Assembly (NCBI RefSeq): GCF_006345805.1
Contig: NC_043010.1
Span: forward strand, 40,300,001 to 40,364,000
Direction: 5' to 3'
Length of the DNA: 64,000 bases
Source: Octopus sinensis
Taxonomy: Eukaryota
In this document: piece after piece, positions 40,237 through 53,254 of the stretch
Position numbering within the stretch: position 1 is the first letter of the stretch
How the letters are laid out: every line of letters begins with the position of its first letter
The notes under the pieces: model-generated
The model's input: only the letters and a program-made list of their open reading frames with translations
Told to the model about the DNA's origin: nothing
Databases searched by the model: none
Translations under genes and position numbers: made by a program

Positions 40237-40614
40237 GTACATACATACTACATACATACATACATACATACATATTTACTTATTTATTTATATATGTAGG
40301 TATGTAGGTGTGCGCAAAGTTTGCTTCGCAGCTAACTGGATTTAGATTTAAAACTGTTTCAATAGTGTTCAGAAACTCTTGAAAGAAAAAGAAAATTTCA
40401 TTCTGTATTTAATTATGAAAATTTATTTCGAGATTTTGAAGCATTACAGTATATGTGCTCCAGCAATTTTATCTTGCAGTTCTTCAGATAGTTTGACACA
40501 TACATATGCTACATAAGACTATATATACATATATATATATGTGTGAGTGTGTGTGTGTGTTCGCGTGCGTGTGTGTGCAGGGAGTGTTTCTGTCTGTAAC
40601 TATATATATAGATG

Positions 40615-40716
40615 AATAGATAGATAGATTGATAGACTCAAAGACATGCAGACAGACAGAAAGACAGACAGATAGATATATAGATATATAGATATATAGA
40701 TAGATAGGTAGATAGG

Positions 40717-40803
<87 letters not shown>

Positions 40804-40811
40804 GAGGTAGG

Positions 40812-40901
<90 letters not shown>

Positions 40902-40918
40902 GATAGATATATAGATAG
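40615..40918. repeat. Long (GATA)n array
   Basis: Read directly. Confidence 0.97.
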
Positions 40919-41047
40919 AGTGAGTGAGACAGAATGCAGAAATTGCCGTTTGGGGTTAGAATATCCAGTGTTTGAGACAGAGTTCTTCGACCAGAGGGAA
41001 ATAAAAGTCAGTAATTTTTTATATGTGAATGCATGAGAAACTGGCTA

Positions 41048-41326
41048 CATACATACACACACACCTACATAAACACACACACATACATACATACATACAT
41101 ATATACATACACACACATACACACGTATACCTATTTACATACATAGACACATACATATACATACACACAAACATACATACATACATACATACATACATAC
41201 ATACATACATACATACATACATACATACATACATACATACATACATACATACATACATACATACATACATACATACATACATACATACATACATACATAC
41301 ATACATACATACATACATACATACAT
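41048..41326. repeat. (TACA)n array
   Basis: Read directly; source of the MYVC/HTYI ORFs. Confidence 0.97.
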
Positions 41327-42250
41327 GGTTATATAAATACGCTTGTATGTATATGCAAGTATGTGTGTACATGAGTTGATATAGCTAGGCATTTCGGTTT
41401 TACTTTTGGAGCACTTACACTCTGGCGAATTCTATCTCCGCACAATTTTCATGGACACTTGAATCTGTGAATTATGTGTGAATGGCCACACAATTGATGA
41501 TATTTGGAAGGAGTTTGTCAACCTTTCCAAGATCTTTTAGAAATGAACATCAGTTTTCACATGATTCTTAGTTTTGTTAATTTCTTAGCTATAAATCTAG
41601 ATTCGGCTATTTGTAAATACTGGCATCTCCACTAAATGTAAGGAGTAACTAAAGTATTTTTATATAAATTATAATCATACCCAAATACTTCTTATACATT
41701 TACTAAACATTGGTAAGTGAATATACTGTATGTCCTCTGGCGCAGAATTTTAACAGTTGCTTTTCATTGCAATAACGCAGCAATGGATAATAGCTTTATA
41801 AATATAATGCATTACATACAGAACAATACTCAATATTCATAAAGACAAATATTGGAAAAGAAATATTATGGCTTAACGCTTTCTATATCCGTATATTTCT
41901 ATAGCCGTATATTTTAAATACTTATTCTAATGTTGCCATGTTCTTCTTAATATATATATATCAATACGAGTTTACGTGTATACCACAAATGTCAAAAGGT
42001 CATGAATAGAAATAGAGTAAAACTACCTACAGTTGTTCTCAAAGGGAGAAACACAGAATAGCAATTTCCGAACAATCCTGTAGACCTTTATGCAAGAGAA
42101 ATAACCGAAAAATGTGTCCACTCCAGAATAAGTAATGTTCTAAGAGAACAGTTTGTATTTTAATGAGGCCTTCCTTTGCAAATAATAAGTTAGCAAACAT
42201 CTGTATATTCATTAGATAGAATCAATTAAAATATTCTTGCGACGTGTATG

Positions 42251-42300
<50 letters not shown>

Positions 42301-42399
42301 TATATATATACACACATATACCAATTTACCCTGTTTATATATATATATATAAACAGGGTAAATTTTAGCTATTTCTCCACAGACTGAAAAGCTGACGAA

Positions 42400-42446
42400 C
42401 AACCTTAATCGATTTTCGGACTTTATTGGGTTCTCATCAGGGGCGT
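42400..42446 (-). ncRNA. Minimal type I hammerhead-ribozyme-like motif (PLE-type)
   Basis: Minus strand reads acgccc-CTGATGA-gaac ccaataaa gtcc-GAAA-atcgat-T-A-aggttg. Both core boxes are intact, stem II has 3 of 4 pairs, stem III is palindromic (AATCGATT), the triplet is UUA, and stem I has a mismatch next to the cleavage site. Confidence 0.55.
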
Positions 42447-42616
42447 CCACATCATTCTGACTTTGTCCAGATAAACAATCAGCCAAACTGTTTATATACT
42501 CAATAAATGCAGCAGTCCCTAATTTGCATACCAAAAGTGTTTAAAATTCTATAAATACTAGTGGCTTGTCAATGGTGGGGGGGGGGTCTTCGTCAACACA
42601 GTATGAAGGAATGATA

Positions 42617-43896
42617 TAGGTTGGCAAGAAAGTTATTTCGATTTTTTAGTGTGAAATAAAAGTCACTGTTTTCATACAAAGAATGACCTTTAATCAATTA
42701 TATGTTTTCCATTTTGTTCGATGGCGCTTTACTATCTTTCAGGCAACCTCATGATTCTGCGCTCATAGAACTTCTGGTCTTCATCAGCCAAAAACTGAAG
42801 CAGGTACGATATCAGGTCATCATCATTATTGAAAGTTTCACCATTCAAAGAATTTTGCAAATTTCGAAATAAATGGTGATATGATGGTGCATAGTCAGGG
42901 CAGTATGGTGGATGTGACATCACTTCCCAACCAAGCTCCAATAAATTTTCACAAGTTAGCAAAGATGTGTGTGGTCTAGTGTTGTCATGGTGGAACATGA
43001 TTCCTTTACGATTTGCTTCCTACAGTTTCATTAGCTGTTGACAGTAAACATATGAATTGATCGTTTAGCTCCTTGGAAGCAGCTCAAAATGCACAACATA
43101 TTTTTAATCCCACCAAATTGACAGCATGACCTTTTTCGATGCAATTGAATTTTCGATGCGGTTTGTGCTGGTTCATTATGCATAGACCATGATCGTTTTC
43201 GATTGATGTTATTGTAGACAATCTTTTTTCACCACTAGTGCTGTCTATTTCATTGCGTCTGAGATATATATCTCAAAGGGAGTTATGATTTCATTGCGTT
43301 TGAGATGCATATCTCAAAGATTGATTAGCTGTGTTAAGTGAAACTCTTTCAAGTTATGTGGAACCTAGATATCGAGCTTCTTAATGAGTCCAAGACATTT
43401 TAAGTGCTTTTTAACTCTATGTGATGCATTTAACCTATCTGCAATCTCTCGCACAGTTATATGATAATCAGGTTCAATTATGGCTTTGATCCGGTCATGA
43501 TCAACTTCAGTAGGTCCACCAAAACGTTGGTCACCTTTGAATGAAAAATCTTCAGAACGGAATTCATTTCAAACCATTTCTGATATATGCGTTCTGTTAA
43601 GCAATCAAGGCCGTAAACTTTACATACCTCTTTGTGAGTCTCAGCAGGTTTCTTGCTTTTACGTAACTGAAAAAAACAAACTATGGTGAAAATGTTCATT
43701 TTTGCACTCCAAGTTAAAATTGACACTGAACTAACAGCCCTAAACAAAATTACGCACAGTTTGCTTCTTCAGTAAGCTAGGAGTAACGGCTATCAAATTT
43801 CAAAAGGAAAAATAATTATAACATTGATAAAAGACATTCCAAAAATTGTAACTCTATCTATTTACGAAAAAAGAAATTAGTTCCTTGCCAACCTTA
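42617..43896 (-). mobile_element. Full-length but decayed mariner transposon (about 1.28 kb)
   Basis: TIRs ta|taggttggcaag.aa at both ends. Transposase motifs VYNNINRKRSWS, FHHDNTRPH, HPPYCPDYAPSYHHLFRNLQN and FYERRIMRLPER, broken by frameshifts. Confidence 0.92.
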
Positions 43897-43920
43897 TATA
43901 TACATACATACATACATACA

Positions 43921-43983
<63 letters not shown>

Positions 43984-44174
43984 AGATACCAACAATATGA
44001 TAAAAAAGCACGCTATCCAAATATTTCTGGAATATAAAAGATTAAAGATTATAGCATTGCATTTAATGAGGGTGACACTATGCTTTGCTGAAGAAAACTA
44101 ATGAGAAGGAACTGTGATAGAAATGTACTTGATAAAGATGAGATTAATTCCTTGTTATTTAGTATCATTGAAAA

Positions 44175-44392
44175 TACGACGGATGCTGAAAAGCGCCTGG
44201 TTTTGAGTAAAAGAAAATACAAGAGGATCAGTTAATTATGATTTTATTCAAGATATTCTTCTGAGATTCATGCACTTATTGCAGCAGTGTTACATTTTTT
44301 CTAAGCCCTGTAAAAGTACTTGGAAGGTTAGATCCCCAACCAGGCCTCTCATCATTGCCTTAATGTCAGCAAATTTTCAGCACCCTTTCGCA
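44175..44392 (-). mobile_element. Mariner-derived MITE, complete
   Basis: Imperfect TIRs tacgacggatgctgaaaag / ttttcagcaccctttcg; internal sequence shared with the copies at 6898 and 58939. Confidence 0.8.
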
Positions 44393-45693
44393 TGTCTTGC
44401 TTCACATGACAAGAATTTTCGTTAATGATAACACTCATGATTTTCAATACAGGTGGAATGTCACTTTATATGGAAATATGTTTCGCTCTCACTACATTAA
44501 AATTTATAAAACTCCACATAACAACGAACAAGATCAAGAGCAACGATATCAAATTGCTACCTGAATAATATTTCATATAACTGGCACTTAGGGTATATCA
44601 CCCCTTTACGAATATAAAAGACGATAACATAGACCCACAAAGTAATTGTCCGTTTCGTTTATTGTATCACATTCGTTTCAATGAAATTCTAAAGACCACT
44701 TATGGCGAAGTGCAGAGATTTAAGCTGTAATTTGTATTCTGCGCACTTTCAACATCACTGGCTGCTATGACATTACTACTTGAAGGAACGACGGTTTCGT
44801 TTTGTAATGCAATGTACTTTATCAGCTTTGTTATTATAGCTACAACACTTCCATTCAATTTCTATTGCCTGTTAATGGTCGCGTTGTGTTTTCTAATCGA
44901 GATGATTTCTTTGATCTTCATGTTAAGGATATTATAATATATGGCGACTCTTAAGTCCACGTTGCACGTGACATGTTAGTACCTTTGTTTCCATTGGCAA
45001 AATGTCTTCAGGTTCACTGCCAGGTCAACTTCTTTAAAAACTACATATAATCTTTATCATACCAAGCATGATGAAGAGCCTCCATTAAATGAGATGCTTT
45101 CATCAGCTGCTTATAAAAACTCTGTGATTGAAGCATACAACTTCTGCATTACAAATCCCTCGTGGCATCTCGCACTGCCTACTTTATTAATACGTCAATA
45201 AACTTCAAACTCTTTCGGACACAAAAATGCTTGCTTTTATGATATTCATTATATAAATAGAATAATATTTGGCTGCTTATTCTTGCATCGTGATTGACCA
45301 GTTAAACTCTGTATCATAGTTATGAGACTGAGAGGCTTGTCTGTTTTAATTGTTTTTATTCAACCCCCAGGTCACACCTGTACGAACAATTATGAGAATT
45401 GTGTTCCAGATACCTGCTCTTATCTCTATTAATTCCTTTTGTGACAAACAATATTTGTGCGATCGGAGAAAAATTTAGCGTTTATTTCTATGTAATCTGT
45501 GCGCATTGGGAGGCGGGGGAGGGGTATTATATCTCTGTGCTACTCTATACACTTATCTTAGTCCTTTCGTTACTTTTACTTTCCAGTTAACTCATCAGTA
45601 CGAATACATATGCAGACACATCTACGTTAAGACAAAAACATTATGTCGTGTGCATGCACATTCTTGTATAGTTATAAGCTTATATATTTAAGT

Positions 45694-46078
45694 GCTGGGA
45701 GCACTCCGTCGGTTACGACGACGAGGGTTCCGGTTGTTCCGAATCAACGGAACAGCCTGCTCGTGAAATTAACGTGTAAGTGGCTGAGCACTCCACAGAC
45801 ACGTGTACCCTTAACGTAGTTCTCGGGGATATTCAGCGTGACACAGAGAGTGACAAGGCCGGCCCTTTGTAATACAGGTACAACAGAAACAGGAAGTAAG
45901 AGTGAGAGAAAGTTGTGGTGAAAGAGTACAGCAGGGACCACCACCATCGCCTGCCGGAGCCTCGTGGAGCTTTAGGAGTTTTCGCTCAATAAACACTCAC
46001 AACGTCCGGTCTGGAAATCGAAACCACGATCCTATGACCGCGAGTCCGCTGCCCTAACCACTGGGCCATTGCGCCTCC
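45694..46078 (-). mobile_element. tRNA(Arg)-like-headed SINE family D, full length
   Basis: Minus head ggaggcgcaatggcccagtggttagggcagcggactcgcggtc..ggtttcgatttcc. 12-bp TSD atatatttaagt at 45682-93 and 46079-90. Confidence 0.92.
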
Positions 46079-46962
46079 ATATATTTAAGTAACTCTATGT
46101 GTATAAGCAATAATGGCTGATCAAATCTACAACGATACAAAAACATGCGTTAGTCGATGTGGAAAAATTGAAAATTTATTGTCAAATCGATATACAGTTT
46201 TAGCAATTAGACAAGATACAAATGTTAGCAGTTAATAATAAGTTCGCCCTTCAGTTCACAAGTTTTGTGTTGTTCATTGGCTGTGATTTGCTAAATCACG
46301 TTGCTTCTTCTAGAAATAAATATCTACGTTAAGTTACATTTTTGTGTGTCTTCGGTTCGAATCACAGTAGAGACGTTATTGATCCATTCTTATTCGAGTG
46401 TTCAGGGCTACAAACGAATAAGGGAACAGCTATGAAATATTTAGATTTGCTGGAAACAGGTCCAAAATTCACTCTCACAAATTACACCATGCAGTTTTAA
46501 GAAAGGACGGAAGTATTAAGACTGTGCGTGTAGTTCATATACACACGCACGCACACAAAATCACACACACACACACATACATACAAACAGACAGAAAGAC
46601 ACACATACATACAACGCTGAAGTATTGAGAAATCTGAAGTTACTCTATCCAGATTACAAGTTCAGGTTTATATCTGTAAATATTGTGGCCCGGGGATATG
46701 TAACACACTGTCAAAATACCAGTCTTGACGAACTAGACGTCTCAAAACCAGAAAGGAGAAAGCTAATTTGAAGACTACAGATTCAATCCATCACTGAGAC
46801 TCTAAAAATCATTGTGTGAGAATATATGCATAAAACAAAACATACAAATCTGCACATACACATAAATGCATACATACATACATACATACATACATACATA
46901 CATACATACATACATACATACATACGTACGTACATACATACATACATACATACATACATACA

Positions 46963-47302
46963 AGCAAAAATACCCCGTTACTGATGTTGAAATTCCAATG
47001 AAGGAGCACTGGATTTAGGTTAGAAACCGGCACTTTGTTGGCAAAAGATCTTGAAATAAAAACTGAATGACATACATATATCTATGTATGCATGTATGTA
47101 TATGTATGTTTGTGTCTATATATGTATGTGTGTGTTTGTATGTGTGCAGGGGAGGGGTGTCTGTGCGTGTGTGTGTGTGTGTCATTGTTCAGTTTCATTT
47201 CAAGATTTTTTGCCAATACAAAAAGAGCCAATGTAATTTGTAAAAACCACGATCAAAGATTTCTTCATTGGAATTTCAACATCAACAACAGGTTATTTTT
47301 GT
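46963..47302. repeat. Inverted pair of about 110-bp repeats around a microsatellite
   Basis: 46963-47072 (ctgatgttgaaattccaatgaagg..gcaaaagatcttgaaataaaaactgaatgac) versus 47181-47302 reversed; diverged. Confidence 0.8.
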
Positions 47303-47547
47303 TTCTATGTATAATTAAAATTCAATGCAGATTAAAAGTAGATTTATAAAGAGTAACCCATGCGAAGCACGATTCTTCCAAGCGACATTTACAAGTTGAG
47401 GTGTGGGTTGGAGGCTGTGCAGAAGTGTACTTGCGTCTGTGGTACCGTGTGCTGTTGGAAGTGATGTTGCCTAAAGAGCAGAAACTGACCTTAACATTAT
47501 GAGAGCCGAAAAGTTTATGCTACCCATCTATGCCTTGCGATGAAATC

Positions 47548-47943
47548 GTTATATATAAAAGTGAGGTTGTGTGCTGTCTGTCTCCTACGATTTAGATTCC
47601 TAACTACTCCCACATTTTGCGGTGCAGTTTAACCAAAACCGGGTATCTTATAGTCGTGATTCATATCGAGCCCTTCTGGGTATTAGCGCGCATCTACGAT
47701 GAGTCTACGATTTTAAAAATAATTTACCATCAATTTTTCCCATTTTTAATGCGTTCTGGGCATATATAAGTGAAGTAACTCTCTAAAAATTTATTATTAA
47801 ATCTCAGAACGTAAAAGGCTACAGTAACACCCTACCCCTTTGTGGTTAGCCATATTGAGATGGCTATTATACTTTACATCTCTGAAAATGTTTATATAGT
47901 TATTTCCCTTACAAACCCGAGCAACGCCGGGCGATACTGCTAG
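47548..47943 (+). mobile_element. Non-autonomous Helitron, copy 1
   Basis: Starts ..tatatataaaagtgagg and ends with the subterminal hairpin cccgagcaacgccggg plus CTAG. Confidence 0.85.
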
Positions 47944-48344
47944 TCTATATATATAAAAGTGAGGTTGTGTGGTGTCTGTCTCCTACGATTTAGATTCCTA
48001 ACTACTCCCACATTTTGCGGTGCAGTTTATCCAAAACCGGGTATCTTATAGTCGTGATTCATATCGAGCGCTTCTGGGTATTAGCGCGGGTCTACGATGA
48101 GTGTATGATTTTTTAAAAAATTACCATCATTTTTTCCATTTTTAATGCATTTTTTTGCTATTATATAAGGGAAGTAACTCTCTAAATATGTCTACGATGA
48201 TTCTACGATTTTTAAAAAATTTACCATACTATTTTTTCCATTTTAATGCATTTTTTGGCTATCATATAAGGGAAGTAACTCTCCAAAAATGCTTATATAG
48301 TTATTTCCCTTACAAACCCGAGCAACGCCGGGCGATACTGCTAG
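47944..48344 (+). mobile_element. Non-autonomous Helitron, copy 2 (head-to-tail)
   Basis: Starts TC(tatatatataaaagt) directly after the CTAG of copy 1; has the same 3' hairpin and CTAG. Confidence 0.88.
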
Positions 48345-48775
48345 TGTTTTATAATTAACGACAAGAAATTCCTAGCGGAGATCGTTCTTCACTTATAACC
48401 GACAAATTTGATTCAACAACAAAACTGGTTTATTCCATCAAAATGCTGTCACCGGCGCTCGGCAATACTCAAATTTTGACACATATTTCTCTCACAGATG
48501 CACATACACGTACACACACGCGCACACACATACACACATACACACAAACACACACACACAAACATACACACAAACGCCAGATACACACACATACACAAGA
48601 AGCACATAACACATACTGCAGATATATACACACATACACACTAGATTTGCAAACGCACGCACACACTATATGAATATATATATATATATACGAATTAGTG
48701 AATAAACGAAAAAAGCGCGCTCAACAAGTTTATTGGGAGTTACATGTATGGATCAAAACATTTTGATTCAAATTC

Positions 48776-48820
48776 GTTGGTACTCTTGAGTTTCAAGAGT
48801 GATGCTAGTCGTCAGCTATT
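48776..48820 (-). ncRNA. Hammerhead-like motif in the PLE 3' region
   Basis: aatag-CTGACGA-ctagcatcactctt-GAAAC-tcaa-GAGTA-ccaac. Core and stem III are present; stems I and II are poorly paired. Confidence 0.35.
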
Positions 48821-49084
48821 TTGCGTTTGAATGACAGAAGTTGATTGTTATTACCGTAAGGTGGGCGGCGATTGGTCGAGGAAGGTCACGCGATGTCGGC
48901 GTTAGATGTTGGTATATGGGTAACAGTTAATTGGAAAACACCGTATGGTGAACAGGAAATAGAACACGTAGCGGATAGGAAATCTGTCAGATTGCTGGGG
49001 AGGAAGTTGCAAGTATATAGTTTTATGCGGGTGTGCAGACGCGCAGACGCGTTCATATGGTTTTGCGTGCATGTCTGTGTTGAT

Positions 49085-49375
49085 AAGAGCATGCGTATTT
49101 GTACATGAGCGCGCACGTCTGCGCGCGCGCACACACACACACATACACTTGGACGAACACGAACACGCACGCGCTCACAGGCACTTACATACACGCGCAT
49201 ACGCACACATGCACACACATACACGCATACTTGCATACACACGCGTATTCATTCATATGTACACATGTATATTCACAAACATGTACGCATGCATCCCAAG
49301 GTGCGCGCACACACGGATGCGCGTGCACAGGTGCGTCCACGCGAGCGCATGTGTGAGTACACAGGTGCAAAACAA
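49085..49375. repeat. Cryptic purine-pyrimidine alternating (CA/CG/TA) repeat
   Basis: gcgcgcacgtctgcgcgcgcgcacacac..acacgcgcatacgcacac; mostly alternating R/Y. Confidence 0.85.
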
Positions 49376-50504
49376 GCGTTGAGTATTGGTATGCGTTGAT
49401 GATTGGTAATCATTGAGGATTGGTAATTGGCGTTCCTGCTAATGGGACTGGTCAGTAGAGATGACCTTCATGCAGACGGTGCAGAGTAACTGCAGCTGCT
49501 AAGGTGGTATTTCTGAGTTGTCGGCAATCAGAGGCCTGAAATTTATTGATGAGGCAATACGATAAATCGTATTTCTTGTGGATGGATACTTGGGGTTGTT
49601 GGAGGATATGCAGTTTTTCGCGGCGGCAGAGCTGGCAGTTGGGGGTACCGGGTGAACATGGTAGCGCCCTGTCGACAATATTCTACTTCATGTCGGTTAT
49701 TTCATATCGAAGATCACGGAGTCTCCACACAAAACGAGATAGGGGAGTAGTGCTCTCTTTGTTCCTGGATCTGAATGAGTGCATATGCTGGGGGTACCTT
49801 CCCTTGAAGTCATTAGCTGTCATACCCGTAAAGTGCCTAGTAATGCCATCGGATGTTGTAAGGGGGGTTCTGTATACCAGGACCCTTGACAGGCAAGATC
49901 CTTCTAGAGCGCACATGGTGGGATTTCGGAAGTTGTAGATTGGAGTCGGGGTGGTATGTGTTCATTTTTACGACTGTAGATGCGTGCGATGTTAGATGCG
50001 ATGTTGCCTAAGCAGGTGTGGCTCACCTTGACATTATGGGGGTTGAAGTGTTTGCAATACTTATGGCCTCTGGGGAAGTGTTTTTTTTTAATTAGCAATA
50101 GGAAACACATAGCTACGTTGGTGGAAAATTCTAGATTGAAAGGGGGTTATATCATACTTTTCTGCTCCTAATCCGTTTGAGGTGAGGAGAGGGTGTTTGG
50201 GGGTTGTCCATATACGTGAACATCTGAGTAAACCCGGTCCTAGCCAAAGCATCGTTGTAGTAGGAGGAGCTGTTAAAGATGTCTCCTATTGGCCGAGAGA
50301 TTAGATAGTCGTTTACTAATGCCTGGAACCAGGTTTCTGATTACAGAGGGGGATGGCTTGCACTCTTGTGGATTCCTGTATCCTCATTTGGATTCCTGTA
50401 CGGGAAATACTTGCTCGAACTCAGTTCTAAGGTTACATCCAAGAAATCGACCTTAGTCACATTGGTGTTAATCGCTATGGACAGGCCGAACACCTTAAAT
50501 ATTA

Positions 50505-50614
<110 letters not shown>

Positions 50615-50742
50615 TGTACCTCCCGCATATACATACACACACGTACATACACTAGATATATAGACACATATTCCACCAAACCCAATATCTCTGAATAGAA
50701 AGATGAAAGTGTACACACCAGATACGCGCGGCAAATGCACTA

Positions 50743-50779
<37 letters not shown>

Positions 50780-51199
50780 CCACACACACACAACGCACAT
50801 AAGTTTTCCTAGCATTTGTTCCTCGAACTAAAGCTTTTTTTGAACTTGCAATATTTTAGCACTGTGTGACGTACGTTAACCAGTAGCGGTTGAACATCTA
50901 GAAACCATCTTGGACAAGTCACATTTTGTCTCCACAAGCCAACGAAAATTTAAGCAGCGTAGTTCTGAATCAAACTTTTATTCAATAACACACACACACA
51001 CGAATACATGTACTTATACACACACATAAACATAGATACTTATATATATATACTTATAAATAAAAAAGATATATATATTTGTATGTATGCATGTATGTTT
51101 GTGCCTGTCTCTATGTATGTATATATGTGTGAATGCATGTATGTTTGTATGCATATATGTATGTGTGTATATATGTCTGTATGTGCGCTTATAGGTTCT

Positions 51200-51231
<32 letters not shown>

Positions 51232-51311
51232 ACATACGTATGAGAGGGATTACCACTATGTGGACACCCTCATTTTAATTTTGATTTATATATATATATG
51301 TATGTATGTGT

Positions 51312-51364
<53 letters not shown>

Positions 51365-51699
51365 CATACATACATACATACATACATACATACATACATA
51401 CATACATAATGGCATATAAATAATACAAGGAATTGAAGGCTTCCAAATCTAAACTTCGAGTTTTATCTGTACGTGTGTGCGTGCCATTTGTACTCTACAT
51501 AGAGATTTGCTGTAACTTCCCATTCATTCATTGATTCTCTTCTGCTTTACTTCTTACCTTCCTCCCTTCAGTATTTCCTTTTCTTTAATCCGTTCATGTC
51601 CCTTTCATGCTCTCCTCTCTCCGTCCCTTGTCCCCCAACTCCTTCTAATACATGTTAGCGTATCCTCCATCATCACACCGTCTTCCCCTCATATTATTT

Positions 51700-51900
51700 T
51701 ACCTCGTTGCCTTTTCCTTTTCCCACATTAATCCCAATATATCGATCGTTCAACACAAGCTGAAATTCCATTTCCCACAGATAAAGGGTTCCTCTCGCAA
51801 CTTTAGATATTCTCTCTTTCCTTACGGCATAAAACGATACGATGTCAGAATTATTTCCATTACTCGCGCCAACGCAGAACAGCACCAATTCACTTGCCTT
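51700..51900 (+). mobile_element. Possible LINE ORF2 extreme C-terminal remnant
   Basis: HKLKFHFPQIKGSSRNFRYSLFPYGIKRYD resembles the ..RxSFFPRTIxxWN ending of CR1/L2-type ORF2. Weak. Confidence 0.3.
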
Positions 51901-52006
51901 TTAAAGTTTTACAAGATCTTTTCCTTGAGTGACGTTTTCTTTTTTAACAAACACACCCGGATGGACACACACACACTCACACAGATATACACTCACACAC
52001 TCACAC

Positions 52007-52054
<48 letters not shown>

Positions 52055-52140
52055 TTTTATTTTTTGACTATTTATTAAATTTTATGTATTGATTAAGTCT
52101 TTCCTTGTTTGTTTTGCAAAATAGTGGTTTGTCTCAAATA

Positions 52141-52189
<49 letters not shown>

Positions 52190-52314
52190 TATATATATTA
52201 TATATATTTATATTTTTAATACAACAATTATTTTACACACGTATATATCTTTCTGAAGAATTTTCTAATATCGGTTTCCTGATATTAATAATAATATATT
52301 ATAATATACATATA

Positions 52315-52504
52315 CGTTGATGAATTCTTTGCCATGAAACCATCTCAATTCTGGGAAGAGGGTATTTTCAAGTTAAAGAAAAGATGGAAACGTATTGTGC
52401 AACAAAATGGTTCGTATTTGGTTGATTAAAAATGTAATGGCAAGTATTTATTGGCCTTTTTCTTTCTTTTAAAAATCGGCACGAACTTTCCGGATAATCC
52501 AATA
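52315..52504 (+). mobile_element. Mariner 3' end fragment
   Basis: VDEFFAMKPSQFWEEGIFKLKKRWKRIVQQNGSYLVD* followed by TIR-like aaaaatcggcacgaactttccggataatccaata. Confidence 0.82.
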
Positions 52505-53196
52505 AAAGAGTATTTCTACCTTTAAACATAGTAAATGTGCAGTCATAGAGTTTCAGGAAATAATTTAGCAATAAATCTTATCTAAACAGAATATAGATTT
52601 ATGTACATCCAATGCCATCAACTCTTCCGTGCAAGAATTGGTCTTCTTAGCCATCAACCACATCATTGTAAAGAAAACAATCAGCTAAGAGAGAACTAAA
52701 TTCTCTGAATTCTTGGATAAATCCGACGACGATTTCTGAAATCTTTATTACCCTGATATTATTAAATATATATATATATATTAAGAAGTTGTTTTTGTAA
52801 AGTATTGTGAGGTATAATTTAAAGACTGTAGTTGAGTAAAGCTGGAACGATGCGAGAAGGTACAACTTAAATTGCAAAATGCAAACAAATAGACCAAAGT
52901 TGCAGTTTTACCTTGTGTTTCTATTTTTCGGGGGCGAAGACCGCTTCTACAAGACATTCGAAAAGTGGTGGTTGGAAAAAGTTTGTTAGTCGGATGTGTG
53001 AGCTACAAACCTTTTCTATGAGGAAGCATTGAGTATACTGCTGACTAGTGACAACTTGGTAAACAAGCATACTGAGAAAATACCAAGGTGTAACCACCGC
53101 ACCAAATATGCATTTTAAACATGGGACAGTGTGTAGAATTAATAATTATAATTCAGTTTCCCATCTTTTCTATCCCATATGTATATGTATATATAT

Positions 53197-53254
<58 letters not shown>

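Larger units (their letters stand above)
48705..50490 (-). mobile_element. Penelope-like element (RT followed by GIY-YIG), 5'-truncated and decayed
   Basis: [34 protein letters not shown]; FLLLIKKKHFPRGHKY.KHFNPHNVKVSHTCLGNI; CALEGSCL..LVYR..FTGMTANDFKGRYPQHMHSFR..LSRFVWRLRD. The 3' non-coding part at 48705-49080 is assigned by adjacency; 49085-49375 is an intervening repeat. Confidence 0.82.
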
